A stretch of DNA of 64,000 nucleotides from a virus: IMG/VR virus record IMGVR_UViG_3300029319_000004, positions 116,712-180,711 of that record. The stretch is one strand, 5' to 3'. Each line of letters begins with the position of its first letter. Position 1 is the first letter of the stretch. Below are positions 46,833 through 55,134 of the stretch, piece by piece. The notes under the pieces are model-generated. The model saw only the letters and a list, made by a program, of their open reading frames with translations, did not search any database and was not told where the DNA came from. A program made the translations under genes and the position numbers.

Positions 46833-47162
46833 ATGAAGTTATTGCTAGCAGCACTAGTGCTGATGATGCTGCATGGTTGCAGCGAGGAAGACACTTATGT
46901 CGTCTCTACCGACGATGTGACTGTTGAGGAAGGTCAAGCAGATGTGCCAGACGATGTTTCTGCCACAGATGTTGTTGACCCCGTGGAAGATGTTACTACA
47001 TTTGATGTAGAGCAAGACACGGAGGTGGATGTCGAGGTAGATGTTGAGGAAGGTGTTGACGTCGAGGACGACGAAAATGTTGAGCAGTTGGACGAGGATC
47101 CAACCAGCTTCAGGAGCAATCCTGATCCAGGCTCTCAGTTTTTCAATCCTGAAGTCCCTTAA
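46833..47162 (+). CDS. Acidic lipoprotein
   Basis: Signal peptide II with lipobox LHGC; D/E/V/T-rich body; SD AGGAGG. Confidence 0.75.
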   Translation: MKLLLAALVLMMLHGCSEEDTYVVSTDDVTVEEGQADVPDDVSATDVVDPVEDVTTFDVEQDTEVDVEVDVEEGVDVEDDENVEQLDEDPTSFRSNPDPGSQFFNPEVP

Positions 47163-47188
47163 TCCACCGGGCGCTTTGCGCCCACTTT

Positions 47189-47276
47189 GGCCGAGTGGTG
47201 GAATTGGCATACACAACAGACTTAAAATCTGTCGCCCGTATTGGGCTTGCGGGTTCGAGTCCCGCCTCGGCTACCA
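47189..47276 (+). tRNA. trnL-TAA: tRNA-Leu (TAA)
   Basis: GGCCGAG/CTCGGCT acceptor stem, ACAGA-CTTAAAA-TCTGT anticodon arm, long variable arm, GGTTCGAGTCC, encoded CCA. Confidence 0.96.
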
Positions 47277-47282
47277 TTACAA

Positions 47283-47355
<73 letters not shown>

Positions 47356-47365
47356 TATTATACAC

Positions 47366-47442
47366 GGGCTCTTAGCTCAGTTGGTTAGAGCCCCCCGCTC
47401 ATAACGGGGTAGTCCTCGGTTCGAGTCCGAGAGAGCCCACCA
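47366..47442 (+). tRNA. tRNA with CAT anticodon (likely Ile2/lysidine; elongator Met not excluded)
   Basis: GGGCTCT/AGAGCCC; CCCCG-CTCATAA-CGGGG; paired 1:72 so not initiator; encoded CCA. Confidence 0.92.
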
Positions 47443-47455
47443 AACAAGGAGAACT

Positions 47456-48379
47456 ATGTACAACTTAGGATATGCATGTATTAATATGGGTTTGAGTAAT
47501 CAACCCAAGTCTAAGAGAGTTACTACAAATCGCTCAATGATTCGTAAGACTTTTGACGCCAAGGGTCTACCTTATGCTTCAGAGCTAACACTACAAAACT
47601 GCCTGGATCTTGAAAGAATCATTCAGTGGAATCAAGATAACAACATTAAGTTTTATCGCATGTCTTCTGATATTGCGCCATGGCACAGTGAGTATAACCT
47701 TGAGGATCTTCCTGACTTCACAGCCATCGCTGCATCCCTTCAGCGAGCAGGTGCGTTGGCGAAGTTATATGGTCAGCGTATTACAACTCACCCTGGCCCC
47801 TTTAACAAGTTGACTAGTCCAACCCCTCACGTTGTAACTAATACAATCGTTGACCTTGAGAACCACGGCAAAATATTTGATCTAATGGGGCTTCCACGGA
47901 CTCCTTATGCGAAGATCAATATTCACGTCGGCGCACACTACAACAACAAGCCAATGGCTATCGATAATTTTTGTCGTAATTTTGAGCGGTTGTCTGATGC
48001 GGTGCGTAGTCGACTAACAGTTGAGAATGACGATAAGCCTAGTTTGTATTCTACCAAAGAACTCTATGATGACGTGTACAGTCGTATTGGTATCCCGATT
48101 GTTTTTGACTATCATCACCACAAGTTTTGTGATGGGGGACAAGATGAAGAAGAGGCACTGCTGACTGCATGTACAACATGGGGAGATATTCGCCCTGTTG
48201 TGCATTATTCTCAATCTAGGTCCGTTGAGCATAATGATCCAAAGATCAGAGCTAATGCACACTCTGATTCATACTGGACACCGATTAATCTTTACGATCT
48301 TGATTTGGATGTTATGTTGGAGTGCAAGCACAAAGAAATTGGCTTGTACAAAATGCGTGAACTTTTGGAGGCAGCATGA
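47456..48379 (+). CDS. uvsE: UV damage endonuclease
   Basis: LGYACIN, FYRMSSD, HPGPF, INIHVG, TVENDD, VFDYHHH, HYS, AHSD, MLECKHKE. Confidence 0.95.
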   Translation: MYNLGYACINMGLSNQPKSKRVTTNRSMIRKTFDAKGLPYASELTLQNCLDLERIIQWNQDNNIKFYRMSSDIAPWHSEYNLEDLPDFTAIAASLQRAGALAKLYGQRITTHPGPFNKLTSPTPHVVTNTIVDLENHGKIFDLMGLPRTPYAKINIHVGAHYNNKPMAIDNFCRNFERLSDAVRSRLTVENDDKPSLYSTKELYDDVYSRIGIPIVFDYHHHKFCDGGQDEEEALLTACTTWGDIRPVVHYSQSRSVEHNDPKIRANAHSDSYWTPINLYDLDLDVMLECKHKEIGLYKMRELLEAA

Positions 48380-48507
48380 AGATTAAAAGATTTTTAAAGA
48401 GAAGATTCAATCACAAAACCACTGAAAACTCAGCAGATGTTTTGTTAACGACACTTATTTTATCCGGGTGGTTTGCGTGTCTCGTGTCCTACCTCGCTAT
48501 AAACTAA
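48376..48507 (+). CDS. Small membrane protein (43 aa)
   Basis: Not in track. ATGA overlap; basic N-terminus then [21 protein letters not shown]. Confidence 0.55.
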   Translation: MKIKRFLKRRFNHKTTENSADVLLTTLILSGWFACLVSYLAIN

Positions 48508-48510
48508 TAT

Positions 48511-48587
48511 GCGCCCGTAGCTCAGCTGGATAGAGCAACGGCCTTCTAAGCCGTAGGTCACAGGTTCGAACCCTGTCGGGCGTGCCA
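48511..48587 (+). tRNA. trnR-TCT: tRNA-Arg (TCT)
   Basis: GCGCCCG/CGGGCGT; ACGGC-CTTCTAA-GCCGT; GGTTCGAACCC; encoded CCA. Confidence 0.96.
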
Positions 48588-48611
48588 CATTTTTACTAAT
48601 AGGAGAAAAAA

Positions 48612-48800
48612 ATGCTAGAACAAAAGAAAAATAACAATGTAGCAACAACCTTTTTTATTGCTTCGCTAGCGTCCGTTGTGGCGAGTATCGGAGTGTGGAT
48701 GACCGTTGATGGTGATCCCGCACATGCAGAGCGCTTCGGCATCTTTGTAGGACTTTGGGCTCCAACTCTCATGGGTCTTGCAAACTATTTCCGGGAGTAA
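48612..48800 (+). CDS. Small two-helix membrane protein
   Basis: [16 protein letters not shown]...[18 protein letters not shown]. Confidence 0.75.
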   Translation: MLEQKKNNNVATTFFIASLASVVASIGVWMTVDGDPAHAERFGIFVGLWAPTLMGLANYFRE

Positions 48801-48836
48801 ATAATGACGCCACCAGGCATCGCTAATACAAAAACT

Positions 48837-49178
48837 ATGAGTCATAAGGTATATTATGATGAGAGTTGTTATGTCTGCTCACTAGAAATAAATGCGGTAC
48901 GAAAACGAGGCGAAGCATGTGGTATCAAGTTTGTTGACATCAGTGATCCTAACTTCAACAAGAAAGGCGACTTTGAAACAGAAATGGTAGGAGAGTTTGA
49001 TGGCAAGCTCACAGTTGGTGCTGACACATTTCGTCTCATGTATGAAAAAATGGGATTCAAAAAAACTGTTGCGATTACTAAGCTACCAATATTAAAACAG
49101 TTTTTTAATTCTGCATACTGGATTTTTGCACACTGTATTAGGCCGTATTTGCCAAGAAAAAAACGAGGTAAAACATGA
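48837..49178 (+). CDS. DCC1-like thiol-disulfide oxidoreductase (DUF393)
   Basis: VYYDESCYVC (DxxCxxC), GADTF..MY, Y..FA..R..LP; alternative start 48804. Confidence 0.85.
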   Translation: MSHKVYYDESCYVCSLEINAVRKRGEACGIKFVDISDPNFNKKGDFETEMVGEFDGKLTVGADTFRLMYEKMGFKKTVAITKLPILKQFFNSAYWIFAHCIRPYLPRKKRGKT

Positions 49179-49285
49179 GTGAATTTAAGCAACATATAGA
49201 AAAAGCCGAGCGCACGATTTTTTTTCTTAGTGTGTGCGGCTGTCTTTCGGCAGTGGCGTACATTGTGTCTAAGTTTTGTTTATAG
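49175..49285 (+). CDS. Small membrane protein (36 aa)
   Basis: Not in track. ATGA overlap; IFFLSVCGCLSAVAYIVSKFCL. Confidence 0.5.
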   Translation: MSEFKQHIEKAERTIFFLSVCGCLSAVAYIVSKFCL

Positions 49286-49300
49286 TTGGAGCACCACACA

Positions 49301-49771
49301 ATGAATGAAGAGTATTTTAAAAAGTGGAACCCCAGCGTTAACTACCGTGAGAGCCCCCATCTTTATAATATTGGCAGGGGCCAGCAGGGTGTTTTAATAT
49401 GCGAGCCCTACAAGTCAGAGATATGTGCGCACTGGAGATTTAAAACTGTACCAGAGGCAAGGGCTAGCAGTCAGACGATTCTAAAAATGTTTTATAGTTT
49501 TTTAGACGATGATGATTTTGTTGGTGCAGACATGGCCAAAAAATTTTTACACATGGGCTTTACTAGGGCTAGAAGATATGCAAACCATCGTGATGGTAAA
49601 AAATATGCTAAAGACCGTTCGATAATCCCTCAAGAGCCTGATGCCATGACTTGTGAGAAAGCAGATAGCGCGAGGATATTTTATGCCTGCTGGAAAGAGG
49701 CAAGGGAAAACGAACGGTATCTAAAAATGAAAACACAACATAAACAGAGGGCTTCAAATGAAGGGCAATAA
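49301..49771 (+). CDS. DUF4385 family protein
   Basis: YR..P.LY.IGRGQQGVL.CEPYKSEI..HWRFKT, DFVGADMA.KFL.MGFTRARRYANH. Confidence 0.9.
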   Translation: MNEEYFKKWNPSVNYRESPHLYNIGRGQQGVLICEPYKSEICAHWRFKTVPEARASSQTILKMFYSFLDDDDFVGADMAKKFLHMGFTRARRYANHRDGKKYAKDRSIIPQEPDAMTCEKADSARIFYACWKEARENERYLKMKTQHKQRASNEGQ

Positions 49772-49997
49772 ACTTTTATTTTCAAAGTATAAGCAAGACA
49801 GAATCAAGGGTTACAGAAAACTTATCAAATCACAGAAAGATTATTATACCCCACCAAAAGATGCTGTTAAGGATATTGTTGAGGCCATGGAGGCTCAAGG
49901 TTTTGACGTCACGAAAAAAGAAGTTGAGGCGTACATGACATCCTCATATGCAGTTTTTGATAGAAAGTATTATTTGGACCACAACAAGAGAAAATGA
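49758..49997 (+). CDS. Hypothetical protein
   Basis: 79-aa ORF with 14-bp overlap. Confidence 0.6.
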   Translation: MKGNKLLFSKYKQDRIKGYRKLIKSQKDYYTPPKDAVKDIVEAMEAQGFDVTKKEVEAYMTSSYAVFDRKYYLDHNKRK

Positions 49998-50011
49998 AAC
50001 TACTTAATAAC

Positions 50012-50542
50012 ATGAGGAGTATACTTTCTAAGTGGCGCAATTTTTTGCTCGCGGAGGCGCTTGACGCATACGAGGATAATGGACAGATAACTCTGTATCA
50101 TTACTCTAAAGCCGACAAGCCTTCTCTTGCATTGGATCCTGATCGTTTTTTAGAGCACAATGCCTACACTAGAAATGATTTCAATGCCTCATCTCTGCCG
50201 CGCATATTTTTTTACGTTAACCTTGATCATGCGGAGCCTATAGTTAAGGAGGGTGCAACTCTCTACACAACAAAGGTGCGCACAAGCGACATTTATGACA
50301 TGAGATCTGACGAACTAGGCTTGAAGCAGAAGGCCATGAGATATCCAGGCATACCAGCCAGTATAGATTTTGATTGGATGCTACGGAGTATCGCAGGGGC
50401 GATTCCAGAGAACTGGTCTAGTAAAAGTATTTTGCCCGAAGGTGCGTCGCCGTACAAGGGCGCGTATTACACACTCTCTAACATGGACGTTGTTGTATGG
50501 TTTGACCAGATTGAAGTTACTAAAGCATCGCGAGAGGATTAA
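50012..50542 (+). CDS. Hypothetical protein, possible ADP-ribosyltransferase-like fold
   Basis: ITLYHYS ... RIFFY ... LYTTKV; late motif 5 nt upstream of ATG. Confidence 0.45.
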   Translation: MRSILSKWRNFLLAEALDAYEDNGQITLYHYSKADKPSLALDPDRFLEHNAYTRNDFNASSLPRIFFYVNLDHAEPIVKEGATLYTTKVRTSDIYDMRSDELGLKQKAMRYPGIPASIDFDWMLRSIAGAIPENWSSKSILPEGASPYKGAYYTLSNMDVVVWFDQIEVTKASRED

Positions 50543-50809
50543 ATGAATGTTAAAGATGTAGTCTTTCAGGACTATCAAGGCATCAGGAGATATGGTGTCA
50601 TAAGCGAGCGTGTCGAAAAAAACGGATGGGCTCATTTTAAGGTTGACTGGGTTAACGATGGTTGCTACAATAGGGCTATGGATTTCTTATCGCAGCTTCG
50701 TGGCAAAGATTTTTATCGCTATACTTATCGTGTTGATGAACTCACAAAAGTCGACCCAGAGCGAGAGCTAAAAGCGCTCTTTAGCTGTCTAGAACTCTCC
50801 AACTCATAG
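50543..50809 (+). CDS. SH3/KOW-like family protein
   Basis: MNVKDVV...YGVI......W..FKVDW. Confidence 0.65.
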   Translation: MNVKDVVFQDYQGIRRYGVISERVEKNGWAHFKVDWVNDGCYNRAMDFLSQLRGKDFYRYTYRVDELTKVDPERELKALFSCLELSNS

Positions 50810-50839
50810 ATTTTTTTTACCTAAACTATTTATTATATC

Positions 50840-51268
50840 ATGTATCTTCCACTATCAGGATATGCAGAAAAGAAAAAAGTAGGTAAAGAAAGAATGTCTG
50901 TTAAATCAATCGGATCCGGCGTAAGCTCAAGGGCAGTTAGACCAACGCCCGAAGTTGTTGATGCCCAACAAGAAACTCACAAACTTCCTCCTGCTGGTTC
51001 CGAACGCAAAGAGGGCGACCACGCCTACCCAGACATGGGATACAGCGGGATGAGCACACAGGATTTTTTGCACTTAAAATCGCACTGCGAAGACGAACCA
51101 TATGCAATCTTGGATAAGGTTATAGCATCCATGAAAAAAAACATGGAGGAGGTGGGCGAAGCACTAGAATCTTTGACAAAGATGGTGGAGCAAACCTCTC
51201 AATCAAATCTTGCCCTCAAGTTGCTACAAGAGACTTTTGAGGCTGTTGAAAAGATGCAAGATCGTTAA
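50840..51268 (+). CDS. Hypothetical protein preceded by late motif
   Basis: ACTATTTA 7 nt upstream of ATG; C-terminal coiled coil. Confidence 0.6.
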   Translation: MYLPLSGYAEKKKVGKERMSVKSIGSGVSSRAVRPTPEVVDAQQETHKLPPAGSERKEGDHAYPDMGYSGMSTQDFLHLKSHCEDEPYAILDKVIASMKKNMEEVGEALESLTKMVEQTSQSNLALKLLQETFEAVEKMQDR

Positions 51269-51297
51269 AGTTTTTTGCTCGCCCGCACGTTTTAGTG

Positions 51298-51325
51298 TTT
51301 ACTCGTATGTGTGTGTACCTATTGT
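51298..51325 (+). promoter_or_regulatory. Early sigma70-like promoter TTTAC(T/C/A)-N16(17)-TA(T/C/A)NNT; copies at 51797, 52373, 53214, 55919, 56482, 57761, 58702, 59416, 60809, 62287, 62993 (variant 63583)
   Basis: Twelve aligned copies plus one variant, all just upstream of ORF blocks; spacer 16 in ten of the twelve and in the variant; GT(G/C/T)CC often precedes the -10. Confidence 0.8.
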
Positions 51326-51348
51326 TATTGTGACAACAGGAGGTCAAA

Positions 51349-51567
51349 ATGCAAACATCATTTTTAACAGGCGACTTGGTTTATTTGAGATTGGCTGGAG
51401 AGGTCATTCCTAGCACGCTTGGGGTCATTACAAGCTCCATGAAGCAAGAGAAATCTCACAAGATTCTGTGGCTTGATTCTCAATCATCTGGATCCCAAGC
51501 ATGGTATCATGAATCTCAGCTTCAACGAGTGCCTGATGAGTCTTACGAAACTGATTGTGATTTTTAA
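51349..51567 (+). CDS. SH3/KOW-like family protein
   Basis: FLTGDLVYL...LGVI......HKILW.......WYHESQL. Confidence 0.75.
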   Translation: MQTSFLTGDLVYLRLAGEVIPSTLGVITSSMKQEKSHKILWLDSQSSGSQAWYHESQLQRVPDESYETDCDF

Positions 51568-51588
51568 TATAACTTTAGGAACAGCGAT

Positions 51589-51789
51589 ATGAAACCAGAG
51601 TGTATTGAGTGCGGCGAAGAGTACAACCCAAAGCGAGCAGCGCTTGGATATAAAACCTGCCTGGACTGTGGTCAAGGAAACGCAGAGCGTGAAATCCTAC
51701 GCAAATCCAGATGCATAGCCCCAGCTTACAATAAGGGAGCGTACATGTACGTCAGCAGCAGTGCCATGGCGCGGGATTTGGGCCGATAG
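51589..51789 (+). CDS. C4 zinc-finger protein (DksA/TraR-like finger)
   Basis: CIECGEEYNPKR..LGY.TCLDCG. Confidence 0.7.
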   Translation: MKPECIECGEEYNPKRAALGYKTCLDCGQGNAEREILRKSRCIAPAYNKGAYMYVSSSAMARDLGR

Positions 51790-51841
51790 TTTTTTGTTTA
51801 CCAGCCGATTTTTGTCCCTATGGTGTTGACAGGAGGACGAC

Positions 51842-52393
51842 ATGCCAAACTTATCAGCTTACTGCTTTAAGCCCAAACACGGAATAGAAATGGCGAGGAA
51901 AATCATCGAACATTTTTGTAATGACTTTCTCGACTATGCTCATGAGGGATTCTATCTATACTGGCGCGAGCACGACCCCAGGCTAAAACATAGAACTCTC
52001 CCAGAGGGCTGGGTGGAGTTCTATGTTGACACAGATTGTGGCAACTTGGAGGCGTGGTCTGAAGTGTGCTACCAAGAGCGCGAGGTTGAGGCATATGATA
52101 TGACTGAAAAGTTCTTTGTTCTTCTTGGTGAAGACTTTTGGCACGAAGATGATGATGGGCAATTGCAGTACACGATGTATGAGCGCGAGTTGTTTGAGCT
52201 AGTTATAGCTTTAAGTGAGGAAGGATCAAGATCTATAGCTTGGGGTGGTGATCGTACTACGTATGTTTCCTACACCAATGATAAGGGTGAGCGGGGCACG
52301 GAACATGTTGACATGCTGGAATACGTGCTCACGACTCCCATTAAAAATGAAAATAAAAAAGGGTCATTACAGTTTACTCTCGATTTGAGGTAA
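51842..52393 (+). CDS. Acidic hypothetical protein
   Basis: Own promoter and SD AGGAGG. Confidence 0.75.
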   Translation: MPNLSAYCFKPKHGIEMARKIIEHFCNDFLDYAHEGFYLYWREHDPRLKHRTLPEGWVEFYVDTDCGNLEAWSEVCYQEREVEAYDMTEKFFVLLGEDFWHEDDDGQLQYTMYERELFELVIALSEEGSRSIAWGGDRTTYVSYTNDKGERGTEHVDMLEYVLTTPIKNENKKGSLQFTLDLR

Positions 52394-52427
52394 CTATAGT
52401 AAAGTTGTAAGACACAGGAGGACGACA

Positions 52428-53207
52428 ATGGCTTACATAACTGACGAGGATGGAAACTGGAAGCGCACAGTGCGCTGCGGATATTGCTACGAGAAGGGCC
52501 ACAATCAAAGTGCTTGCCCGAAACGTAAAAAAGATCTCAAAAACAACATCGAACGCTACACAAAAGAGTTAGCTGAAACAGACCGACCTGCTGATGATTA
52601 TCAGGTCAGGAATACTGAGCGCTATCTTCGACACAGCATAGATCAGCTTCAGAAAATGGAGAGTCGTGGCAAGAACCGTAAATGCGGATACTGCAACGAG
52701 CCTGGTCATACCCGACGCACGTGCCCCCATCGCATAGAAAAGGTTGATGAAGCACTGGCTGCTACAATCGATGCACGAAAGCGCATTGTTGAGCGCATGG
52801 TCATCGATGGATTCGGCCCAGGAGCACTCATCAATGTTGGAAACGAAGAGCAGAAGATCTTGGCTGTTGTCGATGAGATCCGAATCGGGGATATCGCCCC
52901 AGGCCACGTAATATCCAAGGATAGTTACTTTTACGGATGCCAAGCTGTTTCCTATCAGTATGTTGTCCCTCACGAAGATCAGTGGGGGGGACGTCCTGCG
53001 ACTGGAGGGATGTGTTACATCCCTGCGGAATATATTAACATCAACGACATTCCAGAGAACGAATGGTACACCAATGCTTCTAGTCGCTCGTGTATGCTTC
53101 TCTCTGGCGTAGACGTCAGGGAGAGCCATCTGCTAACTGACGACAACTTCAATGACAAAAAGAAGCTAAGAAAGTGGGTCACAAACAATATTGTTGATCC
53201 CAAATAA
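52428..53207 (+). CDS. Protein with two CCHC zinc knuckles
   Basis: CGYCYEKGHNQSAC and CGYCNEPGHTRRTC (C-x2-C-x4-H-x4-C). Confidence 0.85.
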   Translation: MAYITDEDGNWKRTVRCGYCYEKGHNQSACPKRKKDLKNNIERYTKELAETDRPADDYQVRNTERYLRHSIDQLQKMESRGKNRKCGYCNEPGHTRRTCPHRIEKVDEALAATIDARKRIVERMVIDGFGPGALINVGNEEQKILAVVDEIRIGDIAPGHVISKDSYFYGCQAVSYQYVVPHEDQWGGRPATGGMCYIPAEYININDIPENEWYTNASSRSCMLLSGVDVRESHLLTDDNFNDKKKLRKWVTNNIVDPK

Positions 53208-53319
53208 AAAACCTTTACATCATAGATTGTCGTCCCTATGATGTGGGTACTGGAATGAGCCGTGAATGAACGCGGCGGGATAGGGTGGGTTTTATGGATG
53301 TCTTTAAGACGGAGAAAGG

Positions 53320-53679
53320 ATGATGGGAACACGTTCAAATGTCTATGTTGAAACAGAGCCGGGGACATATGTTGGCACTTACTGCCACTACGATGGCTAT
53401 CCTAGTCATATGTTTCCAACGCTGACAGCGATTGACAAGGACATCTTACTTACACATGTTCTTATCGCCGCTCCGCAAGGTGGTTTCCGCATCCTTCAGG
53501 AGCGAGGCACTGAGTATCTTAGCGATTACGCGAATCCTTGTGTGCTTGAGAATCCTGCTGACGAAGACTGGGGTCCAGATTACGTCTACATTAAGTGCTA
53601 CGATGGCGGCGTTAAGTGGCGAAATACTTTTGATGGCTGCTGGCGAAAAAGTTATGTCGAGTCTGTGGACATTGACTAA
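53320..53679 (+). CDS. Conserved phage early protein (YCHYDGYP motif)
   Basis: MGTRS.V........GTYCHYDGYP ... DYVY. Confidence 0.75.
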   Translation: MMGTRSNVYVETEPGTYVGTYCHYDGYPSHMFPTLTAIDKDILLTHVLIAAPQGGFRILQERGTEYLSDYANPCVLENPADEDWGPDYVYIKCYDGGVKWRNTFDGCWRKSYVESVDID

Positions 53680-53873
53680 TGGAACAACAGTTTGACATTG
53701 GAGACTTGGTTTTGTACTTGCTTGATGGAGACATAGGCATGGTAATGGACAAGAACATTGGTTCAAATGAGCCGTACTATGTCGAATGGTACATCCATCC
53801 AGACCAATCTGGCTGGCACAGTACACTTCATTCAGAGTATGACCATCAAGTGATGGTGCCCCTCGGTGGCTAG
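53679..53873 (+). CDS. SH3/KOW-like family protein
   Basis: FDIGDLV...DIGMV.......YYVEWY. Confidence 0.75.
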   Translation: MEQQFDIGDLVLYLLDGDIGMVMDKNIGSNEPYYVEWYIHPDQSGWHSTLHSEYDHQVMVPLGG

Positions 53874-54051
53874 AATAAACGCTGGAGACTTGGTTGAGGG
53901 TAAAAGACATCTTAACAGTCGCAAGGGTATTGTTCTTGACTTATATGAGTCCGATGCTGGCACGCCTTATATCGAGGTCTACTGGTTCGACTTAAGCGAG
54001 CGCACCTGGCATGATGAGCTTGAGGTGGAGTTGATCAGTGAAAGTCGGTGA
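53866..54051 (+). CDS. SH3/KOW-like family protein
   Basis: INAGDLV...GIVL...IEVYWFD....WH.ELEVELISESR. Confidence 0.8.
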   Translation: MARINAGDLVEGKRHLNSRKGIVLDLYESDAGTPYIEVYWFDLSERTWHDELEVELISESR

Positions 54052-54229
54052 TGTTGTTAGATTAAAAGAGGACTACCAAATAAAGGGTGTTGACTATGGG
54101 ATAGGCATCGTTGTGTCCACCCAAGATTATCCTGAAGAGGGCTTTACCTCGCATAAGATTGTGTGGAGCAACACTGACTTTTCATTTCACAGCACAAAAG
54201 AGCTGGAGTTGATTAGTGAAAACAAGTAG
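54038..54229 (+). CDS. SH3/KOW-like family protein
   Basis: MKVGDVV...GIGIVV...HKIVW....F....LELISENK. Confidence 0.85.
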   Translation: MKVGDVVRLKEDYQIKGVDYGIGIVVSTQDYPEEGFTSHKIVWSNTDFSFHSTKELELISENK

Positions 54230-54476
54230 TTGGCACTTTTATGTTTTACTCTGTGCTGATGGTTCTTATTATGCTGGTGTAACGACGGACACAGAAAGAA
54301 GGCTACACGAGCACAATCATACAAAGCGTGGCGCGAAGTATACTAGAAGAAGAAGGCCCACGAAGATTGTTTTGTTAGAGCCCCATCCTGATCGTTCATC
54401 AGCCATGAAGGCTGAGAACAGCTTCAAGCGTCTGACTCGAAAGCAGAAAGAAGAGAAGATAAATGAAAGTCGGTGA
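54216..54476 (+). CDS. GIY-YIG nuclease (UPF0213/Slx1-like)
   Basis: WHFYVLLCADGSYYAGVTTD.ERRL.EHN...GAKYTR.RRP...V..E....S.A.K.E..FKRL.R.QK. Confidence 0.92.
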   Translation: MKTSSWHFYVLLCADGSYYAGVTTDTERRLHEHNHTKRGAKYTRRRRPTKIVLLEPHPDRSSAMKAENSFKRLTRKQKEEKINESR

Positions 54477-54651
54477 TTTGGTTTTGCGTACTGATGTTTT
54501 GGTTAGGCTCTCGCTGGGCGCGGGCATTATAGTGGCTAAAAATACGAATAGAGACGGCACTCTCTTCTATCAAGTTAAATGGTCTCGCGAGAACTGCGAC
54601 ATGTACTGGTACGATGGGCCAGAGCTGGAGGTTATCAATGAAAGTAGGTGA
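54463..54651 (+). CDS. SH3/KOW-like family protein
   Basis: MKVGDLV...GAGIIV...YQVKW.....WY....LEVINESR. Confidence 0.85.
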   Translation: MKVGDLVLRTDVLVRLSLGAGIIVAKNTNRDGTLFYQVKWSRENCDMYWYDGPELEVINESR

Positions 54652-54802
54652 TATTGTTACAGTAAAAGGCAGAGAGGAATATGGTGCCGGTAAGATTGTG
54701 AGGTTCTATGCCAACCAGGGCACCATGCTGATTGAGTTTCCCAAAGAGGAGAGCATGATTTACTGCGATTACTCAGCGGTGGAGAGTCATGAAAGTCGGT
54801 GA
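54638..54802 (+). CDS. SH3/KOW-like family protein
   Basis: MKVGDIV...GAGKIV...MLIEF....HESR; true ATG at 54638. Confidence 0.85.
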   Translation: MKVGDIVTVKGREEYGAGKIVRFYANQGTMLIEFPKEESMIYCDYSAVESHESR

Positions 54803-54947
54803 TTTGATTGAGTTTAATAAATACATTGGTCTGGTTATTGAAGCCAGTGAGTGGGCGACGTTAGTTCAGTGGCTCGATGATGGAGAGATTGAAGACGTCA
54901 GTAACTATTCACCCATAAGCATAAGGGTTGTCAGTGAAAGTCGGTGA
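54789..54947 (+). CDS. SH3/KOW-like family protein (52 aa)
   Basis: Not in track. MKVGDLIEFNKYIGLVIEASEWATLVQWLDDGEIEDVSNYSPISIRVVSESR*. Confidence 0.85.
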   Translation: MKVGDLIEFNKYIGLVIEASEWATLVQWLDDGEIEDVSNYSPISIRVVSESR

Positions 54948-55134
54948 TTTAGTAAATAACACACACGCCCTTGACCGAAGCGGTTTGGGTCTTATAGTAG
55001 AAGTGAAAGTTCGTGACCCGGAGGCCCCTCCCGGTTGCGATTACAGAGTACATTGGATTAACCCGCCGACTGGATGCCCTGATTATTCATGGAACAGCGC
55101 GGCATGGCTGGAGATTATAAATGAGCAAGAATAA
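54934..55134 (+). CDS. SH3/KOW-like family protein
   Basis: GTG start; KVGDLV...GLGLIV...YRVHW....W....LEIINEQE. Confidence 0.85.
   Translation: MKVGDLVNNTHALDRSGLGLIVEVKVRDPEAPPGCDYRVHWINPPTGCPDYSWNSAAWLEIINEQE

Noticed and set aside
53245-53315. Leader between promoter 53214 and ORF 53320 as a tRNA remnant or riboswitch
   Set aside because: Only a weak GCCG...CGGC hairpin; no T-loop, cloverleaf or recognisable aptamer.
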